Assembly: GCF_036321535.1 (NCBI RefSeq)
Contig: NC_087438.1
Location: 13,642,001-13,706,000 of the forward strand
Origin: Camelus dromedarius
Taxonomy: Eukaryota
Length of the DNA stretch: 64,000 bases
Direction: 5' to 3'
The notes under the pieces are model-generated. The model saw only the letters and a list, made by a program, of their open reading frames with translations, was not told the DNA's origin and made no database searches. Positions within the stretch are counted from its first letter, which is position 1; every line of letters begins with the position of its first letter. Made by a program: the position numbers and the translations under genes. This document shows, piece by piece, positions 25,001 through 37,932 of the stretch.

Positions 25001-25651
25001 CCCACTCATTTCCTTTATTATAGTAAACTCCTATGATACAATACATGGATACAATTTTTATGAGAATAAGAGGTCCTCACTTATTTTACAGGAATGGAAG
25101 TAAAAGGCCAATTAACCACAGCATTCCTTTCAAGGTGATACTATATGCAATAACTGAAAGACACTAAGCAAGCTCTGTACCCTGTCCTTACTGCTGGTTA
25201 CAGACTGTAATTAATATCTGTCCTCTTCCTTCTTCATCACGCGTTCTAGATGCCTTCAGCCTTAGTCGGTAATTTGCATTAATCAGTAGTTAATCCCCCA
25301 AAGGGCAAAATTATTCATTGCCTTTAACTTAAATGTGCAGATTTTGTATAGCCTACCATTTTTATTTTTAAGACTTTCTATTAACCAAACAAGCCTGCCA
25401 TCTTTATACTTATTTATTCCCATACTCGTCAGTTGTGCGGCAAGTGGACATCACAGTGGTTCACTTTCCTCCTTAGGTCATCCTACCTGGGCACAGGTGA
25501 AAGCCACAATAGCTCCGACTCCATTGAATGTTAAAGTTATAACCACAACTTCCGTCCTTCACTGTGATCCTCATCACTCTCCTGCTCGTTAGAATTCAGA
25601 AGTAAACACTCTCCAGAGGATCTGATTTCTATTACCATTGCTGATACCAAC
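25001..25651 (-). mobile_element. ERVL internal sequence (ERV3-16A3-like) starting at the primer-binding site
   Basis: The minus strand reads LTR-end 'gaca', then 'gt', then 'tggtatcagcaatggtaatagaaatcagatcctc', matching the recalled ERVL internal start (TGGTACCAGGAGTGG...). Confidence 0.65.
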
Positions 25652-26107
25652 TGTCTTTGCGAAGGTTAACTATAAAGTCGAATATAAAATAAAGGGCATA
25701 TGTGCTACTTATTTACTAGGATGTATAATTCCAAGGAGGAGTAAGGGTCAAAGATACAATTTTGTGTAGTTCACAACGTTGCTCAGTCTTAATGAAAATG
25801 TATAAAGTGCATCTTGGGGTTCTCAATTAGAAAAAAAGAAAAAGGAGGCATTAGTCCTCTGGCTCCCATTTCCTATCCATCTCAGTTTCATCCCACATGG
25901 GGCGTCCCTAAGATCTCAGGTTGTGCATGCATGGACAGTAAGCAGGTTCTCACAGTGATGTCAAAACTAACTCTGGAACAAGAAGCATGCAACACCGTAG
26001 TGCAGTGTAGGGTGTCAGGTGGTGACTGGGGTGCTTATGACCCACCTGAACAAAAAAGATGGGCGAGAAAGGGTAGATCAGAAATTGTGCAAGAGATGTC
26101 TTATACG
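25652..26107 (-). mobile_element. LTR16-type ERVL 5' LTR
   Basis: The plus strand starts 'tgtcttt...gtgctacttatttactaggatgtataattccaaggagg' and ends 'gtgcaagagatgtcttatac', as in antisense LTR16. It abuts the PBS. Confidence 0.65.
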
Positions 26108-29100
26108 AGTGCCTTTTAAGATGGTGCACTCTACGTTGCAGAACCAAGAACTGAGTCTGGGCTGTGTGAAGCTGAAGACCATCAGCGTGTACTACTTTTT
26201 AAAAATTTGTATATTTCATCACAAGGCATTCTCCACTTGGAATGGGATGGAGTGGAACGGTTATATAACACATCATTAAAGAACTCTATTAGAGCTATAT
26301 TCAAAATATTTGTAGATAAAAAAGGAGAATGGTGGCTGCATTGAAGATTTTGTTTAAAAACATATGGCTTCTACAAACATGAAAGTGTGACCTACTTTAA
26401 AAAGCTGGGAGGTCAAAATGGAAACAGATGAAGATCATTAGCAGAAAAAACTTGGACAATGTTAAAAAGTGTTAACAATAAGGCATGTTCTTAAATGATG
26501 TTATGTTAGGAAAGAGAATAGTCCAGCCATACTACCAATATGAATTTTTATTTTGTGAATAATGTCCGACAAAAGAGTTAAATCTATATTCAGAAGACCA
26601 AAGGACAAAATTAGATCTTACAACTGGTGGGACAGGATGTGTTTAAATTTAATTAGTACAAAAGCACAGGCAGAAGAGAACACCTAAAAAGGAACATGAT
26701 ATCAGTGGCACCACCCTTTTGCTCATAAAATGAAATAATCGATGTGTCCTGGTTTTGAAGAAAGATATTACATGTTAAATGTTAGAAATAATCTGTTCTT
26801 TTAAAAATCCTGTTATACCATGATTTATACCTTACCATTAAAATTTCAAAAATTGTTTATTATTGAGAAGATCTCAACAGACCTCATTTGGTCTTCAGTG
26901 TCTAACTATTCTATATAGTTCAAACAAAGAAGAGAATGTCTCCATCTCTGTCACCACAATGAGAAAAATCTGCCTCAAACTTGCTTACGAGGGTGGAGCA
27001 GGGACTATTCTATATTGTTCATTGTACCTCAAACACAAATATCAGTTGGAATTTGAACATTATTTGATGCAAGATTTTCCTAATTAAATGTAAATTTCTG
27101 CAGCAGTATCAAAATATTACTTTTGCTCTTTTATTCTCTTTAAAATGCTGTAAAACCCTTCCCATCTAGGCCCTCAGGGCCCAGCATCTTGTTTAGTCAA
27201 GTGACTTAATCGGTCAGTCTTCTAGCAGATAACCCACGTACGTTCCATCTAATGTAGAGTATAGACTGCCACCGTTAATGACCTAGGGTAACATATTAAC
27301 ACAAAGATTGGAAGTGCATCAACATTAGAAGAAGAAACGTTTCATAGAGAGAAAGCACCAGCAAGGCTGTTGGCTGAGTCCCGTGTGAAACAAAAGGAAG
27401 GAAAAAAGGCAGGAAAATCGTGTAGCTGAGAAGAATAAGAAGGAGTCAAGGGAGCAACCAAGGCAGGTGGGACAGAAACACCTGGAGTCTCTCCTCCAAG
27501 TGTTCTTATCATATGTTAAAATAAAATTTTTTGAACAGATGCATTTCATTTGACAATTATCAGGTGACAATTCCAATCATTTTAGGTTCTGTTTCTTCTC
27601 TCTTTTCTTCAAAGGATGAACAGAGTTTGATTTCCTAAATGTCCACTTCTTCTCACATTACTCACTTGAAGACTCTCAACTACTTTTCTTCAGTCTAAGT
27701 TTCTCTCTCAGGAGTGGTAACGTAGGCATAGAAACAGCCCACCCTTTACCCGTTCGGTGCAGTTTTTTACCCCGGTGCCCTCCAAGACCCCTGACCATGG
27801 AGGACTAAGAACTTGCTTGCATCACTGGGGCTAGCATGAGTGGCCTCCCTCACAACCCACCTCCCCTTGTCACTGCACCCCTTGACTCACCCCACACACA
27901 AACCAGGTGCGTCGGGAGGGGGGTGGGCACCTGTCAGAGATGCTGTGGTTTCAAGGGGAAAAGATCCCATATCCTCCTCTGATCCGGGTCAGAGTAGGTT
28001 CCAGCGGGCGGCTTTAGTGCTTGAGATGCCTGAAAATGGGATACAGCCTTCTTCTGTGGAGAGGGCTGGAACTTAAGGGAGGAGAAGGTAGTTGTAAAAA
28101 GGAAAAGGTAAAATACAGCAGTGAAGATGGCTGGAAACCCTGTGATTTTTGACACGTTGAGACACTAACCTTATGAGGTTTATGGGAGGGGACCCATAGG
28201 CATCAGTATGGTTTAAACGGGTGTGTGCAGGAGGGTCCAAATGGAGGTGGCATCCATGTACGGCTTTAGGAAGGAAGTACTGGAATGAGGAAAGCAGAGT
28301 ATGGGGGCCCAGGAAGACTATAAATGGTTTGCTGCCTCTCAGAAAAACATCAGACTGACATGAAAGCTTCCTGTTTTTAATGGTAAAGTGATTCATGATC
28401 ATTACACACTATTGCTGCAAAAGGGATCCTGAGATTTTGAGTTAAATACAGTTCATAGGCTTTTATACCCCATATGTTAGCGTAGCCTGTAAGTTGTATC
28501 AGATATTTGCTATATGCTGTCTGAGTGAAATTTAACTTACTTTCACTGGTTATAGAGAAATTGTATTGATTAGACATTTTTACAAATCACGAGGACGATA
28601 TTGTAAGTTGCTCATTGTTGTTATTACAATATTTTGAATCTTTTCCCATTAACATATTTTAGCCCATGTAATTAAGTCCTAAACAATTGGCTTAAATATA
28701 TCTAGTGTTCATTCAAAATCTCAAATACTCGGACAATAGTGTGCTTCAAGGAAAAAGCTATTAAATAGTGCTTTTCTCCTTTCTAGAATTTATCAAATTG
28801 TTACAAGTGTTACCCAATTTTCATTAATTGAAAGAATTATCTATATCTTAATTTTAAATAATATTTCATATTTTTATGAGAAAATCTCTAATTGAATAGC
28901 ATGGGCTGCTATACTCTCTTTGAGATATATTTTGATTCAAACTGTGGGCATCAATTTTTATCATATAATTATTATAACCTATGTTTCTTCTTATAACGCA
29001 TTAAATTAGCATGTCAAAGTAAACTGATCCATTGTTAAATAAAATATATGAAAAATACATTCAAAGAGAAAATGATCCCTTCCCCTTATGGGAGAGCAGC

Positions 29101-32100
29101 TACTGGGAAGAAGTTTTATCAGGCTGCCTGATCATGCACTCATCCCTGAACTGATGTGGGGGTGGGGGTGATGGCATTGTCACCTTGTTTGAGTGTTTTA
29201 CTAGAAGAATGTCCTACCGAATGAAGATCTCCAATAAAGAGGGGGAGACATTATACCTGTACGGATGTGAGAGTGAAACATATTGGACAGAAGAAAAATG
29301 GTGGTGGTGTTTAGTCAGGTGAATGAACTTTCTCATCTTCGAGCTAGTAATCTATCTACACACAGTTCACCAAGAATGTGGACCATCAACCCCCACTATT
29401 GATGACTGAAATTGTGGATTACTTTAAAGAGTAAAGACGACATGACAAATGAGAAGAAGAAATATTTCATAGAGACAAAGCATTGCTGTCTCATATATGC
29501 ACAGTGAATGCGTATTCACATTGAGACTCTTCTCTTTAATCTTAGGGAAAAATTCAAAAAGAATGCAGAGGTTGAACCAGAGGCGAATGACAGGAAAGAC
29601 CCAGAGCAAGACTGGGAATACAAGTAATTGTTCCAAAGAAACGAAGATTGAGAACCCTACGACTATGTGAATGTAAATGAGTATATAGATACCTATTTTA
29701 TGGTAGAATAACAGCTCAGTTTTAACTGTCGAAAAGATCCTTTAACTAGGACTGCAAAAGAGTTGCATTTCCTCAGCTATTTAAAGTGCTTTCTGAGTCA
29801 CCAAGCAGCACTGCGCTTTGCATTTCCTAGAGGACAGGGGATGCACTTGATAGAGGAGCTTTCAGTCACGAAGCAGTTGGCAAAGTTAATATTCTGGCTT
29901 CAGAAAGAGAGTTTGGAAATAGTCTATCAAATCAGAGGAGTAGATGGGGCCACCCATTCAGTAATTCATTTGCACCACCCAATTCAGTGATTTATTTTTT
30001 CCTCTCTAGTACAGATGGAAAATATAAGTTGAATTTATAATGCCTTGATTTATATATGTGTATATGACAAAAATACCTTATTTTTAACATCAAAAACATG
30101 CTGTACATAAAGTGGATAATGCACATTAGATGATACATTTCTATGGCTCTTAGTTTCAAGACTACTTTTTCTTTTGCTCTATTTGACCTTACATCTCAGA
30201 GTCACAACATTGCCATGACTAGCAAGTGGTCCTTTTTTATTGCTCTAATCATTGAGGCCATACCATATGCTTTCTAACGGATGAACATGAAAAAAAGTAA
30301 AACTAATCATTTAAATTAGTTTCAGGGATACTGTTCTTGGCACAGAATAGACTTTATGAATCTTTTGCAGCTATTTCAACTCACAATGTACCAGCTTCTG
30401 TAGATTTAACTCTCAACCTATCCTATATTTTCTTGACCTTGAACACTTATTAACATTTTATGATTCTAGAACAGTACTTACTCCATAATGGCCATACTCT
30501 TTTATGATCTATTACAATAATAGATTACACAATTATTTTATAGGATAATATATTAAAAGCCTCTGAATTTTTAAAAAGCCTTTGAGCAAAAATGTGAGTA
30601 GGTCTAACAAGGTAAAAGAAATGACCTAGTTACATTTCTGACTTGTCTCAACAGAAAGGATACTCGACTCAGCAAAATCCATCACCAAGATAAAAGACTC
30701 TCCCCCTCCTCAGCCCATAAATGTCTGTCCTCTATCTTCAAGCTGATAAGAAAAATTAGTGTTTCTGTTTCTATAAACACGCAACCCTTCCTTCTTGTCT
30801 CTATTCTAATAATCAACACCCAGATAGAACACACATACTAGATTTTCTTTTGTTTTAAATATGAAATTCATTTCAAAGCAAGTATCAGAGTCTTGTAACT
30901 ATAGTTAGCCATTTTACATTATACACTGCCTTTGATACTGAATTCCACTAATCTCTATGAAATGAGCGTACATCTTAGAAGTCAGATTGGATTCTTCCTG
31001 GCTTCATAGTTTGGTTTCAGGAGAGGGAAATGAAGTAGGTTTGAAGCCCTCTGGAGAAAACAGAGCAAGGCAGTTGTTAATCATGTTTGTGGGAAGCAGA
31101 AATGCAAAAGCTCTAAAATAATCAGAAGACTTACATCTAAATGAGCATAAAGATGAAATAGATAGAGGTGCATAACATATTCCAGGGGCTTTTTACTATT
31201 ATGTTCATTAAAGTTCCAGCTTAATGCATGCTTTATTGCCCAGAAATTCATTTCATTTGCATTTTAACTGGGTTTTAGTCAAGTTAATCCTTTTTCTTCC
31301 CTGGCTAAGAAACTATTCGACAACTACAGCAAAATACTGAAAGAAGAGAAATAAATTGGAATAGTCTGCTTATACTAAAACTTAAATTTGTCATAGTTTA
31401 CTAAAGAAAAAGGACGTCTCTACTGCATTCACTGGATCACATTATTTTAACACCTAAAAGTGGCTGTGTATTATCGAGTAAGCTCTGTTAGATGACAAGA
31501 CATTTTTTTTTTCATTTATGCTAAAGATTTAATATCAAGGGAGATTCAGTAAAAATCAGCATCTCATTTTTACAGGAGTGAAAACGATAAAGCAGTCACC
31601 CATTTAGAAGCGCGCAATTAATTTTTCACAAGAAACTCCAATATGTAACACCATCCATCATTTAAACAGTTGTGCAAATAAAACAGCAGCTTAAGTTGCA
31701 TATTGAAAGTGGAAGCATTCAGTTCAGCAATATGTTGCCCCAAGAGAAAGAGAAAGTTTTTTTTTAAGTGACAAAAAGTAAGTTAATTTCCTAAATCCCA
31801 GTGACTGTAAGGTCCACATGAAAACAGAAGAGTTTTGTCTATGTGATGGTATATTAAAAACACAAAGTGCTAATAACACACAGTAAAATGGTCCCTTCAG
31901 GCAAACAGACATCTTAGCAAATCCCAGAGAAAAAAGAAATGTGAGACTGAGGAAAGCCAAAAACATGGGGGCAAATAAAGTCTTCAGACCAAAGGAAGCT
32001 TTCTTCATTATTTATTCTGAAATATTTAAACTGTATATGTATAAGATAAAATACAGTATTTCAGCATAACCATCTCCTATCTATTGGAAACCATCTCTAA

Positions 32101-32236
32101 AATTTCTTTCAATAAAATTTTCTTTTAAAGTTGGTACTCTCTCTCAAGAAAACCAGAGCATGTATTTCTCCCTCACTAACATTTGAGAGAGAAAGTTCCC
32201 TGGTTGCTTCAGCTTACTCCCCTTACCTTTAAACAT

Positions 32237-32818
32237 CTTTTTTTTTCAAACTTTTTTTTATTGAGTTATAGTCATTTTACAATGTTGTATCAAATTCCAG
32301 TGTAGAGCACAATTTTTCAGTTATACATGAACATACATATATTCATTGTCACATTTTTTTTCGCTGTGAGCTACCACAAGATCTTGTATACATTTCCCTG
32401 TGCTATACAGTATAATCTTGTTTACCTATTCCACATATGCCTGTCAATATCTAAAAATTTTGAACTCCCAGCCTATCCCTTCCCACCCCCTCCCCCTTGA
32501 CAACCACAAGTTTGTATTCTATGTCTATTAAGCTGTTTCTGTTTTATATTTATGTTCTTTTTTTTTTTTTAAGATTCCACTTATGAGCATTCTCATATAT
32601 TTTTCTTTCTCTTTCTGGCTTACTTCACTTAGAATGACATTCTCCAGGGACATCCATGTTGCTGCAAATGGCGTTATGTTGTCATTTTTAATGGCTGAAT
32701 AGTATTTCATTGTATAAATATACTTCTTTATCCAGTCATCTGTTGATGGACATTTAGGCTGTTTCCATGTGTTGGCTATTGTAAATAGTGCTGCTATGAA
32801 CATTGGGGTGTAGGTGTC
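32237..32818 (-). mobile_element. Young L1, 3' segment (ORF2 C-terminus, 3'UTR, polyA)
   Basis: Poly-T at the left end. ORF 32528..32908 contains [32 protein letters not shown]...FAATWMSLENVILSEVSQ, which is the L1 ORF2p C-terminus. Confidence 0.95.
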
Positions 32819-33723
32819 AAGACAACATGGTATTTGTACAAAAACAGACATATGGACCAATGGAACAGAATAGAGAGCCCAGAAATGAACCCGCAAACTT
32901 TTGGTCAACTAATCTTCGACAAAGGAGGCAAGAATATACAATGGAATAAAGACAGTCTCTTCAGCAAATGGTGTTGGGAAAACTGGACAGCAGCATGTAA
33001 AGCAATGAAGCTAGAACACTCCGTTACACCATACACAAAAATAAACTCAAAATGGATGAAAGACTTAAACATAAGACAAGATACAAGAAACCTTCTAGAA
33101 GAAAATATAGGCAAAACATTATCTGACTTACATCTCAAAAATGTTCTCCTAGGTCAGTCTACTCAAGCAACAGAAATAAAAGCAAGAATAAACAAATGGG
33201 ACCTAATGAAACTCACAAGCTTCTGCACAGCAAAGGAAACCATAAGTAAAACAAAAAGACAACTTATGGAATGGGAGAAAATTTTTGCAAATGAAACCAA
33301 CAAAGGCTTGATCTCCAGTATATACAAGCAGCTTATATGACTTAATAAGAAAGAAACAAACAACCCAATCCAAAAATATGCAGAAGACCTAAACAAGCAA
33401 TTCTCCAAGGAAGAAATACAAATGATTAATAGGAACTTGAAAAAATGCTCAATATCACTAATTATCAGAGAAATGCAAATCAAAACTACAATTAGGTATC
33501 ACCTCACACCAGCCAGAATGACCATCATTCAAAAGTCCATAAATGACAAATGCTGGAAAGGCTGTGGAGAAAAGGGAACCCTCCTACACTGCTGGTGGGA
33601 ACGCAGTTTGGTGCAAGCACTGAGGAAAACAGTATGGAGATTCCTCAAAAGACTAGGAATGGACTTACAACATGACCCAGGAATCCCAATCCTGGGCATA
33701 TACTCAGAAGGAACCCTACCTCA
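32818..33723 (+). mobile_element. Young L1, inverted 5' segment (ORF2 fragment, disrupted)
   Basis: ORF 32834..33340 ([18 protein letters not shown]...[25 protein letters not shown]) and ORF 33422..33739 ([24 protein letters not shown]...[16 protein letters not shown] zinc knuckle) are L1 ORF2p. Confidence 0.95.
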
Positions 33724-33799
33724 TATATTTTTAATATGAGAAGTTGAGGTAAGTTTTGTAAGATAAGGATACTTCTTATGAAATTAGAGACAGAGATAA

Positions 33800-34380
33800 A
33801 GAGAGAGAGACAGAGAATAAAGGTACAAAGAATAATCACAAATAAGAAAGAAGTATAAACAATTCATACCAGCTTTTGAAAAACCTAGATGTAATAGACA
33901 CATTTCTATAAAATTAACCTTCAAAAGTATGTGAAAGAAGAAATGGAAAACATGGATATGATAGGCCTATTTTGGTTAAAAAAAACTACATTAGTAATCA
34001 AAATAATCCCACACACCCACACACATACACACAGCTCAGATGATCTCACTGCTAAGTTTTATCAACTACTTAAGGTACAAGTAGTCCTAATATTTTTTGT
34101 AAATCATTTGAGATTGATGAAAAAGAGAAATCATGCTTCTTGTCATTTTGTAAAACTAGCACTATCCTTTACACCAGAAGCTAAAAAGACAGTTTAAAAT
34201 AAGAAAAGTCTAGTATAATAACACTTAATAGCAAATATAAAAATAAACTCTTAAAATATTAGCAAACCAAATGTAATAAATTAATCTAAGTATAGTACAT
34301 TATGACCCAGTTTGATTAAATATTCATAATAGCTGGTTTTACAACAACAACCTATTGATATAACTGATATAACTTGAGGA
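33800..34380 (+). mobile_element. Ancient L1 ORF2 remnant (RT N-terminal region)
   Basis: 'aaacctagatgtaatagacacatttcta', 'cagctcagatgatctcactgctaagttttatcaa' (GPDGFT-like), 'aaaatattagcaaaccaaat' and 'tacattatgacccagtt'. Confidence 0.75.
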
Positions 34381-36129
34381 AAAATGTATAAACTATGTTT
34401 TTGGTTTTTATCTTTGGAAAAGTTATTTAAATATTTGCTCACTAATATTTTTGGTAAATATTCTGGTTCTTAAAATATTTAAAGTATTTATGTTTAAATA
34501 GTCTAGTATAATGAAATATCATTGAAACAAAATATATCCAATTTAAAAAATTAAATTGTATCAAATTATTTATATAGGAAAATAGGGTTACATGCATTAA
34601 ACCTTAAATAATTTTATAGACATTCATAACACATATTAATTATTGCTACACATGTATGTTTCAGTGACCATAATCCATGCAACATAAAATAAATCTCCAA
34701 AATTTTATCCTTCTGTAAAATCTGAGATCTCTGTGAAGAGTTTATGTTTCTTTATGTTCTAGAATCTCTCATTGGAAAAAAAAATCACTCTATAATCATA
34801 TTCAGTCAAAATACCATTTCAGTAATGCTTTCAAAAATATTAATAAAATTAATCATTAATATTAGCATATAAGAAAGAACAATTAAATAAGTTTCTAAAA
34901 TTCAAGTATAAATCTCAGTTTTTCAAGGCAAAAGCCTCATCCAAATTTGAAATCAATAAAAATATTTCTGAAGTCCAGGCAAACATGACCTTTCTTGCTA
35001 TTTAGATTGTGCTGGAGGGAGTCAATTGGGTTTACTAGTACTAATCTTATGCTCCCAGTCATAAGCACATTTGAGCAACCAAAGATATTTCCTGAAAAGT
35101 CCTGCCTTATATTATTTATTACATGGGTAGTAAAAAGAAAAAAATGGCTTGCTTTCTTCAGGAAGGTAGATGCCACTAAAATTAATCTGCATTCCTATTT
35201 CTGCCCCTCAGGTCTATCAATCAAAATAACTGCTTTTTCATTTGGAAAAATGTGTGTGTATGGGATAAGTATTAAAAAAAAAATGTTCCTTATGGACACA
35301 AAAACAGGGAGGAAAATATGCCACTCCAGCAGTGCACGGCTACAGACTAGCTGTTTGCATCCAGTTTGTTTATAACTGAGCTTTTTTTCAGCCAAGAGAC
35401 TGATAAAAGTTATCAGCATCTAGTTTTGCCAAATATGGCAACTGACATCACCATTGTCTTACTCATAAAATGCTTTTAAGAACCTGGACACATGTGGTGC
35501 TGTATTTTAAATTCCAAGTCCTCTGAGAAATTTTATACAAAAATACACTAAGTTATCAGATAAAGGAATGAAAAGGTATTGGTCGATGTGAACAAAAAGT
35601 CAGAATATTAATATCAGATTTGCTTTCATTGTTTTTAAACTTTAGATGGTAGGAGACAATTAGAAGCAACGTACAAGAATCTACCAGATAATATGCAAAA
35701 CAGTTACTCCAGTTCCAAAATTTAATAAATGAAATGCAATTATAAAGGATCATATTTTAACTTAAATGTTTACCAAATTAAAATCAAACTGCTTATAATG
35801 TTGTAATTTATTGTTCAAAATCTTCAAAGGTTATTTTCCAAGCTGAATCTAGAACACAATTCAATGTATCATGATACAATTTTCACAGCAAAATTTGACT
35901 ACACACCCATTTTAAAAGTAAACTTTTCCTGAAAATTGAAACATTTCTAAATTAATATGTAATAATTTCTGTAAAATAAAGGCCTTAATCAGTTTTTAAA
36001 TCCTAAAAACATTATTAAAGCTAAAATGTTTCACAGTATAATTAAATAGAAAATGCATTTATGTGCTTTGGATTAACTAAATAAGTTTAACCTTAATATT
36101 ATATTCATAAAAAAAGGAGAGAAACAAAA

Positions 36130-36330
36130 ACTAAAAGAGTTACATAACAGATTTTTTTCTCCTGAAGAATCTAAGGGAATTTAAATAATCTTGAAAATTC
36201 CAGATATTAGTCACTATAGAGGTATTAAATCTAAGAAGATTGGAAATAAAAACTAAAGAAATTTATCTTCACTATATCACCCTTACAAAAAATATTAAGG
36301 GGCATCCTTTAAGTAGAAAAAAATAATGAC
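36130..36330 (+). mobile_element. Ancient L1 ORF1 C-terminal remnant
   Basis: 'aaaactaaagaaatttatcttcactatatcacccttacaaaaaatattaaggggcatcctttaagtagaaaaa'. Confidence 0.45.
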
Positions 36331-36406
36331 ATAACTTCTGTTTTTTTAATCAAAAGGTTTTTATTTGATACCTTTAGAGAAAATATAAAGCAACACATGC
36401 TTTAAT

Positions 36407-37413
36407 GGTAATTGAAACAGTATGGTGCTGGCACAAAAACAGATACACAGGTCAATGGAACAGAATAAACAGCTCAGACATGAACCCAGATTACATGATC
36501 AATTAATCTATGACAAAGAAGTCAAAACCATACAATGGGGAAAGACAGTCTCTTCCATAAATGGTATTGGGAAAACTGGATAGCTACATACAAAAGCATG
36601 AAACTAGACCACTTCATTATACCACATACAATGATTAATTCCAAATGAATTCAACGCTTAATTATTAGACGTGAAACCATGAAACTCCTAGAAGAAAACA
36701 TAGGCAGTAAGCTCTTTGACATCAGCTTTAGCAATATTCCTTAAACCTGTCTCCTCAGGTAAGGAAAATAGACAAAAATAAACAAATGAGACTACATCAG
36801 ACTAAAATACTTTTGCATAGGGAAAGAAATCATCTACAAAATGAAAAAGCAGCTTACTACATGGGAGAAGATATTTGCAAATGATATATTTTCCAAAAAG
36901 GTTAATATCCAAAATATATAAAGAGCTCATACAACTTAATAGTTAAAAAAAAGTGGGTAGAGGACCTGAATAGACACTTTTGCAAAGGAGGCACACAGGT
37001 GGCCAAAAATCACATGAAAAGATGCTCAACATCCCTAATCATCAGAGAAATGCAAATAGAAACCACAATGAGATACCACCTCACAGCTGTTAGAATAACT
37101 GTTATGAAAGACACAAAATGACAAGTGCTGGTGAAAAGATGGAGAAAAGGGAATCCTTGGGCACTGTTGGTAGGACTGTAATTCATATAACAACTATGAA
37201 AACAGTATGAAGTTTTCTCAAAAAATTAAAACTTGAAGACCATATGATCCAGAAATTCCATTTCTAGGTATCTATCTGTAGAAAACAAAAACCCTGATTT
37301 AAAAAGATATATGCACTCCAATGTTCAATGTTCATTGCAGCATTATTTACAATATTCAAGACATGGATGCAACCTAAGTGCCCATGAATAAATGAATGGA
37401 TAAGGAAGGCATG

Positions 37414-37452
<39 letters not shown>

Positions 37453-37932
37453 ATGAAGTATTACTCAGCCATAAAAAGGATGACATTTTGTCACTTACGA
37501 CAACATGGATTAATCTGGAGGGTATTATGCTAAGTGAAATAAGTCAGATGGAGGAAAACAAATACCGTATAATTTTACTTACATGAGGAATCTAAACAAA
37601 ACAAAAGAGCAAACATAATAAAACAGAAATAGACTCACAGATACAGAGAACGAACTGGTGGTTACCAGAGGGGAGTGAGGTGGAGGGACTGATGAGATAG
37701 GTGAAGGGGATTAAAGAGTGCAAATTCCCAGTTATAAAATAAGTAAGTCACAGAGAGGTAATCTACAGCATAGGGAATACTGTCAACAATATTGTAATAA
37801 CTTTATATGGTGACAGGTGGTAACTAGGTTTATTGTGTTAACAATTTTGTAACATATATAAATGTTGAGTCACTATGTTGAACACCACCAACCAATAAAA
37901 TATTTTAAGTCAATTATACTTCAATAAAAAAG
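36407..37932 (+). mobile_element. 5'-truncated L1 (ORF2 3' part and full 3'UTR; L1MA9-like age)
   Basis: Continuous L1 match from 'gtaattgaaacagtatggtgctggcacaaaaacaga' to 'gtcaattatacttcaataaaaaa', with stops and frameshifts. Confidence 0.95.
37416..37448. repeat. (CA)n microsatellite expanded inside L1
   Basis: Read directly from the sequence. Confidence 0.95.

Noticed and set aside
25641..25650. TGGTATCAG read as a tRNA-iMet PBS of a copia/gypsy element
   Set aside because: The context matches a mammalian LTR16/ERVL junction, so it is better explained as a mutated ERVL PBS.
32834..33739. ORFs with clear protein homology
   Set aside because: They are disrupted L1 ORF2 fragments in a truncated, inverted retrocopy, not a host gene.
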